Below are positions 38,154 through 47,717 of a stretch of DNA of 64,000 nucleotides, piece after piece. The number at the start of each line of letters is the position of its first letter. Position 1 is the first letter of the stretch. The translations under genes and the position numbers were made by a program. Location: the IMG/VR virus record IMGVR_UViG_3300025671_008697; one strand, 5' to 3'. Source of the DNA: a virus (taxonomy: Duplodnaviria > Caudoviricetes). The notes below the pieces were generated by a model. It had not been told where the DNA came from. It made no database searches and was given only the letters and a program-made list of their open reading frames with translations.

Positions 38154-38312
38154 ATGTCTAAGAAACACTTTGAACTACTCGCCAAGTACATCAGTAGTAT
38201 GATGGACACCAATGCACGTCTGCAAGCGGCAGTTGCCGTTGCTAGTGCCTGCAAGGAGGCCAATCAGCGTTTTGATCAAGATCGTTTTTTCCGTGCCTGT
38301 GGCATCAACTAA
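38154..38312 (+). CDS. small hypothetical protein (52 aa) in promoter array
   Basis: Not in track; MSKKHFELLAKYI...NQRFDQDRFFRACGIN*. Confidence 0.75.
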   Translation: MSKKHFELLAKYISSMMDTNARLQAAVAVASACKEANQRFDQDRFFRACGIN

Positions 38313-38326
38313 GGAGTTTAGTTAAA

Positions 38327-38467
38327 ATGAAACAGGAAGACGTAAATCGAGAAAATGCTCAACAACAGAAAGAAGATATTGAGCATCAGAAAAAACAGAT
38401 TGACGAGCAGGCAGAAGAAATTAAACGTCAGCGAGAACTAATTGAAAAAAGATTGCGAGGCGAATAA
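38327..38467 (+). CDS. small coiled-coil protein (46 aa)
   Basis: Not in track; AAGGAG RBS; MKQEDVNRENAQQQ... Confidence 0.6.
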   Translation: MKQEDVNRENAQQQKEDIEHQKKQIDEQAEEIKRQRELIEKRLRGE

Positions 38468-38468
38468 C

Positions 38469-38723
38469 ATGAGCAAGAAACAAAGAGTTGATTACGGGCG
38501 TTATGGATTTGACCAGTATCAAATAACCGATTTGCAGATTATTATGAATTTGGAAACCAAAGAAGACATGCGAGAGTTTGCAGAAACTGTGGGACACGAA
38601 GATGTTCAGTACGGTTTGGCTTTATTAGAAACCTTGGCCTTGGCTGTACTTGATGAAGAAACAGAATCAATGACAGAATTTCCTCAAGCCCGTGAAGTAA
38701 TTGAGCGAGTACGACATGCCTAA
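38469..38723 (+). CDS. hypothetical protein
   Basis: ORF track, start adjusted. Confidence 0.6.
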   Translation: MSKKQRVDYGRYGFDQYQITDLQIIMNLETKEDMREFAETVGHEDVQYGLALLETLALAVLDEETESMTEFPQAREVIERVRHA

Positions 38724-39306
38724 TTGGTGTATGAATACTATGACAGTGCGTGGACCCAGCAAACAGGTTCATGACTTATTTGACCGAATTGGTAAAGCGG
38801 ACGAAGATGCATTTTTTAACGTCATCAAACCGCGTCCTGCTGACCAAGAAGAAAATTGGTACGGATGGAACATAGAAAACTGGGGGACCAAGTGGGACAC
38901 TGATCCTGGTGAATTTACTATAGATGACGGCGATCCCGAAGAGGGCATGAGCACTGTACATCTAAACTTTGACACTGCTTGGGGACCTCCGGACGCAATT
39001 GCTGAAGAACTCACAGAACAGGGTTTTGATGTCGACCTAATGTACTACGAACCTGGTGTGGGATTTGCTGGCGTTTATACAAGTTGGGCCGGCACAGATC
39101 ATTATGACTTTGACGGGCGTTCAGCAGACGAACTTGAGGACATTCTGCCAGAAGAATTAAACGACTGTTTTGGCATTGCAGAAGATATTCGTAATTCAGA
39201 AGAACTGGAGGATGAAGATGAGTTTGTAGAATGGTACGAAGACGGCGTTGAAGAACGTAATCTAAAACCGCATGACCCTAAATCAATTTGGAAAGACGAG
39301 GACTAA
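38716..39306 (+). CDS. DUF1281/Api92-like ferredoxin-fold phage protein
   Basis: MPNWCMN...WYGWNIENWGTKWD...FDTAWGPP...YYEPGVGFAG. Confidence 0.75.
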   Translation: MPNWCMNTMTVRGPSKQVHDLFDRIGKADEDAFFNVIKPRPADQEENWYGWNIENWGTKWDTDPGEFTIDDGDPEEGMSTVHLNFDTAWGPPDAIAEELTEQGFDVDLMYYEPGVGFAGVYTSWAGTDHYDFDGRSADELEDILPEELNDCFGIAEDIRNSEELEDEDEFVEWYEDGVEERNLKPHDPKSIWKDED

Positions 39307-39307
39307 C

Positions 39308-39463
39308 ATGGACAAAATTCTTAAATACGCAAACGAAGCAATTTTTCATTTTCAGATGGACATGAAAGCGGCTGTGCGTTATGTAGTAAAAAACACTAAA
39401 TGCGAACCTGTGGTAGCAACCACAGCCTTACAGGACGTCATGACGGGATATAAATCGCGATGA
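39308..39463 (+). CDS. small hypothetical protein
   Basis: ORF track, start adjusted. Confidence 0.55.
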   Translation: MDKILKYANEAIFHFQMDMKAAVRYVVKNTKCEPVVATTALQDVMTGYKSR

Positions 39464-39789
39464 GCAGTTTTGTTGCAGGCATTGTCTGCACCTTGATCAA
39501 TGGCTGTGGCCCGCAATTAGGATATGCACCGCCGCAACCTCCTACCAATCCCAACGTTATTGTTTATCAAGACCGAGGGCCCATGGTTAATCAAGCAGTG
39601 CAGGCAGTGGACTTTCAACAAATCGCCAACATTGGTTTAGATTGCAGGAAGAAGGATGTTATCATCGCTTTTATTGAAAGTAAAGTGGGCAACCAACCAA
39701 GACATCCAGAACACCTCAACGACTATGACAGACGTTTGAATGCAGTAGCACGGAGTAAGATATGGCAGCTAAGAACAAACTGTTACTAG
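39460..39789 (+). CDS. hypothetical exported protein
   Basis: Hydrophobic N-terminus with Cys. Confidence 0.55.
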   Translation: MSSFVAGIVCTLINGCGPQLGYAPPQPPTNPNVIVYQDRGPMVNQAVQAVDFQQIANIGLDCRKKDVIIAFIESKVGNQPRHPEHLNDYDRRLNAVARSKIWQLRTNCY

Positions 39790-40145
39790 GACTGGTTGTA
39801 GTTGCCTGCATTTACTCTACCGTGGAGGCACAGACTCTGGAAGGCAGAACTGAATGTCGTTATGAGCGCAATACTGAACAGAATGCCAATGGTTCAATCA
39901 GCACTTATCAACGTGAGCGCTGTGTGGAAGAGCCAGGCCAGACTGTACGACAGGTTCGAATTGGAGATTTGGTAAGGGAAAGTTGGGTACGAGAACACCC
40001 TGTAATCAAACAGGACTTTGCTTATCGTGGAAACCGTTGCCGTTGGTTTTTGGAATCCGGAACGGCAGAAAGAGATTTGGTACAGTACCAAGGAATTATC
40101 TGTGAAGTACAACCAAATGCGTGGCGAGTTATTGACAAATTTTAA
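39762..40145 (+). CDS. hypothetical exported Cys-containing protein
   Basis: Signal peptide; four Cys. Confidence 0.55.
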   Translation: MAAKNKLLLGLVVVACIYSTVEAQTLEGRTECRYERNTEQNANGSISTYQRERCVEEPGQTVRQVRIGDLVRESWVREHPVIKQDFAYRGNRCRWFLESGTAERDLVQYQGIICEVQPNAWRVIDKF

Positions 40146-40193
40146 CGGATTTGTTATAATTGCTTATCGATTAACTGCTCTTGGAGAGAGTAA

Positions 40194-41060
40194 ATGAAAC
40201 TGAAACTTGTAACCTTAGCCGCATTGACAGCAGTCAGTGTAACTGTATCAGCACAAACTAATCCGGCTAATCCGCCATCTGAAACCAATGAGTTTTATCT
40301 CAAGCATCAGGCCTTGATTGAGCAAAACACCAAGTTAGCACAACAATTGGCACAACGTGATGCAGAAGCAAAAGCAAATACCACTGGTGCTCCCAGTTGG
40401 GTCTTGCGCTTGCCCGAATCCCCAGACTCTATTTTTGCGGTCGGTGTTGCTACCAGTATGAACGAACAATTGGCCTACGACAAAGCAAGGCTGTATGCAG
40501 AGCGCAGGCTAGTAGAAATTGCCAACAGTGAGATTGAAAGTCTTACTAAGAGTTATGCTCTTGAGCGTGATGAAAGTCTAAACGAAACTACCGAAATGGT
40601 AGTAAAGAAAACTGCTAACGGACAGTTAATTGGTACGAAACGTGTAGACACTCATGCAGAATATGATGGGCGCAGATACAAAGTCTACATGTTGGTTGCG
40701 TTACCATTGGACGAAAACAATCCTTTGCGTAAAGAGCGTGAAGCACGCCAGGCCAAACGTGAAGCAGAGATTCGTCAGCAACGTGCGTTTGAAGAACTGC
40801 AACGTCAAACCCAGGAACGCCGTGAACGTGAACTGGCAGAACAACAACGCAGGGAAGATCAACTCAAACAGAGTGCTCCACTACCGGTTACGCCAAGTGT
40901 ACCTGCTAGTCAAACGTTGAGTCCCGGTGAAAAGATAGTGGTTCCTGAGCAAAGTCAGGTACAGGCCACTCCGGAGCCAATGAACGGTGCAAAAGTTGAA
41001 CCCATTGTGCCCGGTACTCCACTCAAACCTTTGGCGGAAGAGACAAAATCCAACACTTAA
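40194..41060 (+). CDS. LPP20-like periplasmic protein
   Basis: Signal peptide; PSWV...IFAVGVATS..EQLAYDKA...YKVYMLV. Confidence 0.6.
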   Translation: MKLKLVTLAALTAVSVTVSAQTNPANPPSETNEFYLKHQALIEQNTKLAQQLAQRDAEAKANTTGAPSWVLRLPESPDSIFAVGVATSMNEQLAYDKARLYAERRLVEIANSEIESLTKSYALERDESLNETTEMVVKKTANGQLIGTKRVDTHAEYDGRRYKVYMLVALPLDENNPLRKEREARQAKREAEIRQQRAFEELQRQTQERRERELAEQQRREDQLKQSAPLPVTPSVPASQTLSPGEKIVVPEQSQVQATPEPMNGAKVEPIVPGTPLKPLAEETKSNT

Positions 41061-41075
41061 AGTGGTAGTATGACG

Positions 41076-41111
41076 AATGCTCCTGGGGTCAATAAATACT
41101 CTAGGAGCATT
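41076..41111 (+). promoter_or_regulatory. RBS-sequestering hairpin with late-promoter motif in the loop
   Basis: AATGCTCCTGGGG-tcaaTAAATA-CTCTAGGAGCATT, 13-bp stem covering AGGAG. Confidence 0.7.
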
Positions 41112-41116
41112 TTTTA

Positions 41117-41614
41117 ATGGCTAGACCAAACCCACTGAAAGCAGTGATGAGTAGTCCATTGCCTTCGATTACTTATCAACGCCGCAGATCCTTTCGTCCC
41201 TCACAACGGGAAGTGGAGTGGTATTACGACAAAATAAACTACTATGTTTTTAATGGTCAGTTAAGGCGCCCTATTATTAGGTTAGGCACTATTCGTAAAT
41301 GTTGGGGCATGTGTGAATGGGAAGAAGAACTGCAACCAACTCGTAGTCACTGTAAAATTAGATTAAGTGATAAATGGTTCTGTGCTCAGTGGTTTGTAAA
41401 CACTCTGGCACATGAAATGGTACATCAATGGCAATGGGATGTTTACAGATTTGAATATGAATCTCAATACAACAAGGGCATGCCCAGACTAAGCGGTGCC
41501 CATGGTCCAAGTTTTTTCAGTTGGCGCGATCGGTTTGCTGAATACGGGCTGTGTTTAAAAATTGCCTACGGACAGAAACGTTGGTTTCGTCATCAAGATT
41601 TCTACAAGTGTTAA
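41117..41614 (+). CDS. SprT-like zinc metalloprotease
   Basis: TLAHEMVHQWQ...HGPSF. Confidence 0.85.
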   Translation: MARPNPLKAVMSSPLPSITYQRRRSFRPSQREVEWYYDKINYYVFNGQLRRPIIRLGTIRKCWGMCEWEEELQPTRSHCKIRLSDKWFCAQWFVNTLAHEMVHQWQWDVYRFEYESQYNKGMPRLSGAHGPSFFSWRDRFAEYGLCLKIAYGQKRWFRHQDFYKC

Positions 41615-41635
41615 TCAAATAAAATAATTATTTGT

Positions 41636-42835
41636 ATGTTCTTCTCGATCGACAAGACAAAGCAGGAAAACTTTGTCTGTGATTTTCAATTTGATAATTT
41701 CTTTATTTCAGTTGACTTTGGCTGGGAAACCTATGAAACCGAAAAACATGTAGTAATTTATAAAGGTTATGCGGATTACCATCATCTGCGTGATTTACTT
41801 GACGAATTAATAACAGAAACAGAACCGTCTCGGACTGGTAACTATTGCGCTATTGTTTATCACAAAACTGATAATACAATTAGTATTAAATCGGACAGGT
41901 ATAGATCGTTTCCGATCTATCTAAATAACGGAAACAAAGTTACAAATCTTGTCAAGCAAGATCGAACAGCCTGGACTGATAGTCTTATAACCATCACTGA
42001 CAATTTTGAAATAATTGAAAACAAATTTGATGCTATCGGGACCATTGATGTGTCTACAATTTCATTGGAATATGGGATAGAATCAATTGCATCTATATTA
42101 GATCGCAAAACAAAGTCCTTGATAGATTTACGATCATCTTTGCCGATGGCATTTAGAAAACCTATACATACTTTCCTTAGTGGAGGAGTTGACAGTTTAT
42201 TGGTTTATAGTTTCTTACAAAAACATACACAAGACTATAAATTGATAAAGTATGCTCATGTTGATTATACTGACTTTTGGTTAATGAATTCAGGAGATAT
42301 TGTAGATAATTGGGGATATAAGCAAATACATCATTGGATAAATCCTTGTATTCTTACCAGCGGTGCTCCAGGTGATGAATTTATGTTGCGAAGTCCTGTA
42401 ACTGCAAACATATTTTTACAAAATAACGGAACAGATTTATTAAAAATGAATCAAGACGTTACAAGTCTTCATTATTCTTATTTTAGTTTACCAAAACATA
42501 AAAAGGTTGTGGAAAATCTTGCTAGTGATTTTGAAGTGAATAAAAATTTAAATAAAAAAGAATTAATTTGGAAGTTGTGCAATATTATAATTAACGACTG
42601 GCAACATTGGCATATTGAAAATACTCTCACGTGGACTCCATTAAGAGATTTAGAAATATTTAAAATAATTTTACAAATGCCTTACGAAGTTCAAATCAAA
42701 CAAATATTTGATAGTTATATTAGCAAACGTCTTATCTCAGACATAAATCCTCAGTTTGTAAACCTTATCAGTCATCAAAAAAATACAGCATCAATGATGA
42801 GTAATTTAATTAACTTCTACAGACAGCATCATTGA
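41636..42835 (+). CDS. asparagine synthetase-like N-type ATP pyrophosphatase protein
   Basis: FLSGGVDS PP-loop, SGAPGDEFM, degenerate N-terminal GATase-like region; AT-rich. Confidence 0.65.
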   Translation: MFFSIDKTKQENFVCDFQFDNFFISVDFGWETYETEKHVVIYKGYADYHHLRDLLDELITETEPSRTGNYCAIVYHKTDNTISIKSDRYRSFPIYLNNGNKVTNLVKQDRTAWTDSLITITDNFEIIENKFDAIGTIDVSTISLEYGIESIASILDRKTKSLIDLRSSLPMAFRKPIHTFLSGGVDSLLVYSFLQKHTQDYKLIKYAHVDYTDFWLMNSGDIVDNWGYKQIHHWINPCILTSGAPGDEFMLRSPVTANIFLQNNGTDLLKMNQDVTSLHYSYFSLPKHKKVVENLASDFEVNKNLNKKELIWKLCNIIINDWQHWHIENTLTWTPLRDLEIFKIILQMPYEVQIKQIFDSYISKRLISDINPQFVNLISHQKNTASMMSNLINFYRQHH

Positions 42836-44011
42836 AAGAAACTCGTCTGGTTTTTGATTTTTTAATTGATCCAATGACTGGGTAAGTGATTTCCATGAAT
42901 TGAATAATTCTTTGTCAAACGGTTGATTTCTAAGATTGTTTGATATGCTGGCAATTGCATTTATAGCATTGTGCCTTTGCCCTTCTTCTATAGAACTATT
43001 AGACAATTTTTTCACTATACGATTTAAACTAATAACAATTTGTTCTCGGTGCTCTAACGGTATAGACTTTTCACCCATTTCTTTTTGTTGAGCAACTCCA
43101 AAACTTACTACACTAGGCCAATCTTCTATTAGAAAGTCTATTAGTTTTTCTAATAAATGATAATTGTATGAACTTGTTGTTATATTGACTCGTTGTTCTA
43201 CATTGTTATATTTCTTACATTGTAGGTAGTTGTTGAGCACTTCCTGCCATACTGTCCCATTCCTTACATACTCGGCTGATTCACCAACTGCGTCCAAACT
43301 AAAAACTAATGTTATAGTTCCTTTATAGTTTTTAATAAAGTCATAGTCTATACAACTACCATTAGTAAACATTATAATATTGGCAGTTAAATTAGTTTCT
43401 GCAAATTTTAAAAACCTTAAACAGTTTTTATCATAGAAAGGTTCGCCGCCTAATAAGATTATGGTTTTTATTCTGTCGTTAAGTTCAAGAAGATATTCAA
43501 AATTAGTAATATTTTCATTGATATCTGTATCTTTGATTAAATTAAGTTTGATATAGTATTGTTTGACCCTGCTGCTGGCCGCAGGCCAGCAGGTTTGGCA
43601 AGCAAAGTTACAAGTGTTACCTGGTCTAAGTTCAAGTGTAATATCTCCGTCACTAAATTCGGCATATGCTTGCTCAGCGTTATATCTCATGCTGTCTTGT
43701 CTTCCCTGCTGTTCGATGTCTCGACATGCTGCACAAGAATCTGGCCATTCGTTGTTTGCTAACTGATTCCTTGCATCTGATATTTCTTTTAATTTATGGA
43801 ACTTTTGAATATTAATCTTAGAAGTATGAAAACTTTTATTATAGTTTTCATCTGCCGTCCAAGCACAACAAGGTTTGACTATTTGATTGTAACCAATGGC
43901 AAGGCCGTGCTCTAAAAATTTACATTCCATCATAATACTTAGTGGGCAATTTTTGCTAAATACAAAATCAAGGAGTAAGTATGCGAGTTTTTCTAATTTT
44001 ATTAACATCAT
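42806..44011 (-). CDS. radical SAM protein with N-terminal SPASM/twitch-like Cys cluster
   Basis: GNTCNFACQTC, LLGGEPF, TNGS, SLDAVG; CKFL..KPCC..CAAC; true start probably near 43931 (MMECK). Confidence 0.85.
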   Translation of the reverse strand: MMLIKLEKLAYLLLDFVFSKNCPLSIMMECKFLEHGLAIGYNQIVKPCCAWTADENYNKSFHTSKINIQKFHKLKEISDARNQLANNEWPDSCAACRDIEQQGRQDSMRYNAEQAYAEFSDGDITLELRPGNTCNFACQTCWPAASSRVKQYYIKLNLIKDTDINENITNFEYLLELNDRIKTIILLGGEPFYDKNCLRFLKFAETNLTANIIMFTNGSCIDYDFIKNYKGTITLVFSLDAVGESAEYVRNGTVWQEVLNNYLQCKKYNNVEQRVNITTSSYNYHLLEKLIDFLIEDWPSVVSFGVAQQKEMGEKSIPLEHREQIVISLNRIVKKLSNSSIEEGQRHNAINAIASISNNLRNQPFDKELFNSWKSLTQSLDQLKNQKPDEFLSMMLSVEVN

Positions 44012-44415
44012 TTTTAGCGTTTACAGCGTCAGCCAAAGAAGTCAAAATGGTTGAATATGACTGGAAAGTAACTAAAGTCGTGGACGGCGACACTGTTAAG
44101 TTTGAAGCACCTTGGGTGCCAGATCCCATTAAAAAGGAACTAAGCATTAGGGTCTATGGAGTAGATACTCCTGAAAAAGGATGGCGTGGTCAGTGTGATA
44201 AAGAAAAGAAGGCAGGTGATGCTGCCACTGCTTTTACAAAGGCCATGATTAAAAAAGGTAAATCAATTAAAATTGCTATTTCCGATTGGGACAAGTTTGG
44301 AGGTAGAGTACTGGGAGACGTAATTGTTGACGGTAAAAGCCTACGTAAAGAACTTATTGCAAACGGACACGCACGAGAGTACTACGGCGAGAAAAAGCAG
44401 AGTTGGTGTGATTAA
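43981..44415 (+). CDS. thermonuclease (SNase-like)
   Basis: KVVDGDTV, IRVYGVDTPE, DKFGGRVLGDV, LIANGHAREY. Confidence 0.92.
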   Translation: MRVFLILLTSFLAFTASAKEVKMVEYDWKVTKVVDGDTVKFEAPWVPDPIKKELSIRVYGVDTPEKGWRGQCDKEKKAGDAATAFTKAMIKKGKSIKIAISDWDKFGGRVLGDVIVDGKSLRKELIANGHAREYYGEKKQSWCD

Positions 44416-44479
44416 ATGCTGACCCTGCTCTAACACAGCAGACGACAGTTATAATAAACAGCATTAATTTCAATGCTTT

Positions 44480-44516
44480 AAGGACTTCTTAGTGGAAGTC
44501 CTTTTTTTTATAAATA
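44480..44516 (+). promoter_or_regulatory. terminator hairpin abutting T4-type late promoter TATAAATA
   Basis: aaggacttc-ttagtg-gaagtcctttttttt, then TATAAATA at 44509. Confidence 0.7.
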
Positions 44517-44523
44517 CGATACC

Positions 44524-46821
44524 ATGCGCTTTAAAGAAGTAAAAAAAGTATTAAAAGAATTTGGTGGTTATGTGCCTGTCAACGACGCAGAAGCACGTGA
44601 TCCAAGATTTCAAATGGCCATTAGCCAAGACATCAAACCTGGCGAAGTACAGCGACAGGCCAAGAAGATGGGGTGGACGACGGACCCTGCAGGTGTGCCT
44701 CCCCTACTAACAACAAAGAACAAATTTGGGCGTGTACCTAAGTCTGCTTACAAAGACAGAATCACAGAAAGCAAGATACAGGAAGACGAGGACCTGTTTG
44801 AAATTAACATGAGTCCCAGCAACTTAGAAAAACTTGCTGGCGAAATCAATGCTCGTGCTGGTATGGAATTTGAAATGATTGTGCCAAATGCACAGGACGA
44901 AGACAGTGAATACGAGCCCGACTACGACCAAGATCAGCGCTCACGCAGTTGGTCCGACATCAGAGATTTCTTCTATGACGGTGACTACAACAGCAGTCGC
45001 GAAGTCAGCCGACTCATTGAACGTATGCAAGAAGAATTCTGGGAGTGGGAGGATGAACAGATTGGCGAAAATTGGCAGGAAGAAGAATATGAAATGGTCA
45101 AGGACTGGATCATCAACAATGTCAGCGACGACGACATCATGGACGCTGGCTATTACGAAGAAGATGACAGAGAAAAGTTTCAAAGAGACAAGGAATTTTA
45201 TAACAAAGTCATTGACGACTATGTACAAAACGCTATAGACAAAAAGACCAAAGACTGGCAAGAAGCATACGATCTGTATCGTGAAGATCAAATCGGTGAC
45301 ACTGATGAATCAGAATGGTTAGACCTTTACTATCGCTACATGAGCGATGTCGAAAACAATTTCGAAATAAACTGGCCTTATTGGACAAGTGGAGGTGGTG
45401 ACACCGACGTTGACACAGTGGCCAGCGATTTTGAACTTGCCATTGATAAACCCGTCAAAGCCAGTAGAAGTTATCACGGTGCTCGCAGAGATGACACAAG
45501 TTATATTGTAGAACCCGACAGCAGTTTAGACGCAGACGACACTAACGACGCAGGATTAGAATTTGTAAGTCCTCCCATGACAGTGGATGAAATGCTTAAC
45601 GATTTAGCCAAAGTCTACAAGTGGGCCAAGAGTTACGGTTGCTATACCAATGAAAGCACAGGCCTGCACATGAACGTCAGTATTCCTGACTTTAGTTTAG
45701 AAAAGTTAGACTATATCAAACTGGCACTGTTGGTCGGTGACGAGTATGTGTTGGATCAATTTGATAGACGTAGCAACACCTATGCTCGCAGTGCTATCAG
45801 TAAGATTAAAGAACGTGGCATAAATGATCCTGACAAAATAAAACAACTGTTTGACCACATGCGCGACAATCTTAACACCATGGCCAGTCAAACCATTCAC
45901 GGTCCTACCACTGCAAAGTACACCAGCATTAACATACACGACAACTATGTAGAGTTTCGTAGTCCTGGTGGCGACTGGTTAGGCCAGGACCTTGATAAAC
46001 TGAAAAACACAGTATTACGTTTTGTTGTGGCCTTAGATGCTGCCTGTAAACCAGACAAGTACAGACAGGACTACTTGAAAAAATTATACAAACTGTTTGA
46101 AATTAAGAGTGAAAAAGATCCACTGAGTTATTTTGCACAGTTTGTCAAAGGTGAACTGCCTTTCAGCGCACTAAAGAGTTTTATCAAACAGGCACAACTA
46201 ACTCGCAAAGCAAAAGCCGGCAAGTTAGAGCCCGGTGTAGACTATGTATGGGAAGTTAGAAAACAAGGATCCAGTGCCCTTATAAATGTAATTGCTCAAA
46301 CCGAGGAAGAAGCCATTGACAAAGCCACAAGAACAGATGGTTATCCAGAATGGCGCGGTGAACCCGGAGTTACAGCCAAAGTGGTACGCAAAGCCTCTAG
46401 TGGCACCAAAGATCGTTTCCAGGATATACCTTCGGTGACAGATCCAAGGCCAGCAGGCGAAGCAGGCAGCATTAAATATGAATTATTCAACAGAGGTTCA
46501 GGCATAGTGATGCGTACTTACTGGGCCGCCAACGATGACATGGCTTTAGAAATGGGCCGAAGATATCGCGAGGAAGCAGCCGCAGAATTTGACATGGACA
46601 CTGGCAGTATAGGCCTACGCAGAGCACGTTCACAGCCTGCACCACGTGGTGGCGATTTTACAGGTACTTGGTTAATTAAAGATGCTAATGGCAGAGTCAT
46701 ACACAGAATCAGCGGTATAGGTAATGCACAAAGCGATGCTAACCGTCATGCCATGAACTGGTTAAGACAGAATCCTGACCAAATGCAACAGGGTGTGGAA
46801 GTAGTTCCAGAACTAAGGTAA
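44524..46821 (+). CDS. putative amidoligase (Amidoligase_2, COOH-NH2 ligase) with extensions
   Basis: GMEFEM, VEPDSSL, GLEFVSPP, TNESTGLHMNVS, KYTSIN, VEFRSPGG. Confidence 0.8.
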   Translation: MRFKEVKKVLKEFGGYVPVNDAEARDPRFQMAISQDIKPGEVQRQAKKMGWTTDPAGVPPLLTTKNKFGRVPKSAYKDRITESKIQEDEDLFEINMSPSNLEKLAGEINARAGMEFEMIVPNAQDEDSEYEPDYDQDQRSRSWSDIRDFFYDGDYNSSREVSRLIERMQEEFWEWEDEQIGENWQEEEYEMVKDWIINNVSDDDIMDAGYYEEDDREKFQRDKEFYNKVIDDYVQNAIDKKTKDWQEAYDLYREDQIGDTDESEWLDLYYRYMSDVENNFEINWPYWTSGGGDTDVDTVASDFELAIDKPVKASRSYHGARRDDTSYIVEPDSSLDADDTNDAGLEFVSPPMTVDEMLNDLAKVYKWAKSYGCYTNESTGLHMNVSIPDFSLEKLDYIKLALLVGDEYVLDQFDRRSNTYARSAISKIKERGINDPDKIKQLFDHMRDNLNTMASQTIHGPTTAKYTSINIHDNYVEFRSPGGDWLGQDLDKLKNTVLRFVVALDAACKPDKYRQDYLKKLYKLFEIKSEKDPLSYFAQFVKGELPFSALKSFIKQAQLTRKAKAGKLEPGVDYVWEVRKQGSSALINVIAQTEEEAIDKATRTDGYPEWRGEPGVTAKVVRKASSGTKDRFQDIPSVTDPRPAGEAGSIKYELFNRGSGIVMRTYWAANDDMALEMGRRYREEAAAEFDMDTGSIGLRRARSQPAPRGGDFTGTWLIKDANGRVIHRISGIGNAQSDANRHAMNWLRQNPDQMQQGVEVVPELR

Positions 46822-46823
46822 CG

Positions 46824-47402
46824 ATGAAAATAGTTTATATACATGGCGCTACTGCCAGCCATAACAGTTTCGCTTTCATTCAGGAAGTTATCAAAGCAGA
46901 AGACTACTTATATATTGATTATCCCCGAACTAAGACCGCACAAGAAAATTTAGAAGACATGACAAAACGGATAGGTTCTACAACAGGACCTCTTTTTATT
47001 ATCTGCCACAGCATGGGCGGACTGTATGCCTTACACCTACTGGAACAGTTTCCAAAACGCATCAAGCAAGTGGTCAGCCTTGCTACACCATTTGCAGGCA
47101 GTGAGTTAGCTATCTTAGGTAAAGTAATGAACAAAGACTATCTACTGTTCAACGACATTATGCCTCATAGCGAATTTGTCAAAACTACCAAGTACATCGA
47201 AGTCAAATGTCCTTGGACACAGATTGTTACCACAATAGGTGATGTGCCCTGGATGGAGGCACCTAATGATGGCGTAGTGACCAGAAAGTCAATGACTGCT
47301 CGCACAGACATCAACTATGTGGAAATCGACGACAATCACTACGAAATAGTGCAAAGCGGCAGGGTGGTCAAACTGTTAAAAGAACTAGTACTAAAGTATT
47401 AA
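46824..47402 (+). CDS. alpha/beta hydrolase (PGAP1/lipase-like)
   Basis: VYIHGA, CHSMGG, SLATPFAGS, NDGVV, NH. Confidence 0.85.
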   Translation: MKIVYIHGATASHNSFAFIQEVIKAEDYLYIDYPRTKTAQENLEDMTKRIGSTTGPLFIICHSMGGLYALHLLEQFPKRIKQVVSLATPFAGSELAILGKVMNKDYLLFNDIMPHSEFVKTTKYIEVKCPWTQIVTTIGDVPWMEAPNDGVVTRKSMTARTDINYVEIDDNHYEIVQSGRVVKLLKELVLKY

Positions 47403-47445
47403 CACCAAAGTAGTACTTGACGTAAATAGTTTTTGAGCATATAAT
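47386..47445 (+). promoter_or_regulatory. palindrome-linked sigma70-like promoter (variant with duplicated half)
   Basis: TAGTACTAAAGTATT..AAAGTAGTAC, TTGACG(47417), N17, TATAAT(47440). Confidence 0.75.
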
Positions 47446-47451
47446 CACAGT

Positions 47452-47712
47452 ATGAAAACACTAATTCTACTCACTGCACTGGTTGTTGGTTCTGCTCATG
47501 CCCAAGTGGTATATCAAAGCCAACAGTATCAAGAACCCAGACTGAGGAATGTGGTACCCAATCCATTTCCTCCCAGTTATTATCAACAGAAAATGCAACA
47601 GTATAATTTCCGTCAACCTCCCCGTGTAATTATTGTTACACCACAACAGACTGTGATTCCTACTGGTCAGGTTTCACCACAGGATCAACAAATCATCAAC
47701 TTAATCAAATAA
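47452..47712 (+). CDS. small secreted Q/P-rich protein
   Basis: Signal peptide MKTLILLTALVVGSAHA. Confidence 0.6.
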   Translation: MKTLILLTALVVGSAHAQVVYQSQQYQEPRLRNVVPNPFPPSYYQQKMQQYNFRQPPRVIIVTPQQTVIPTGQVSPQDQQIINLIK

Positions 47713-47717
47713 TCATC

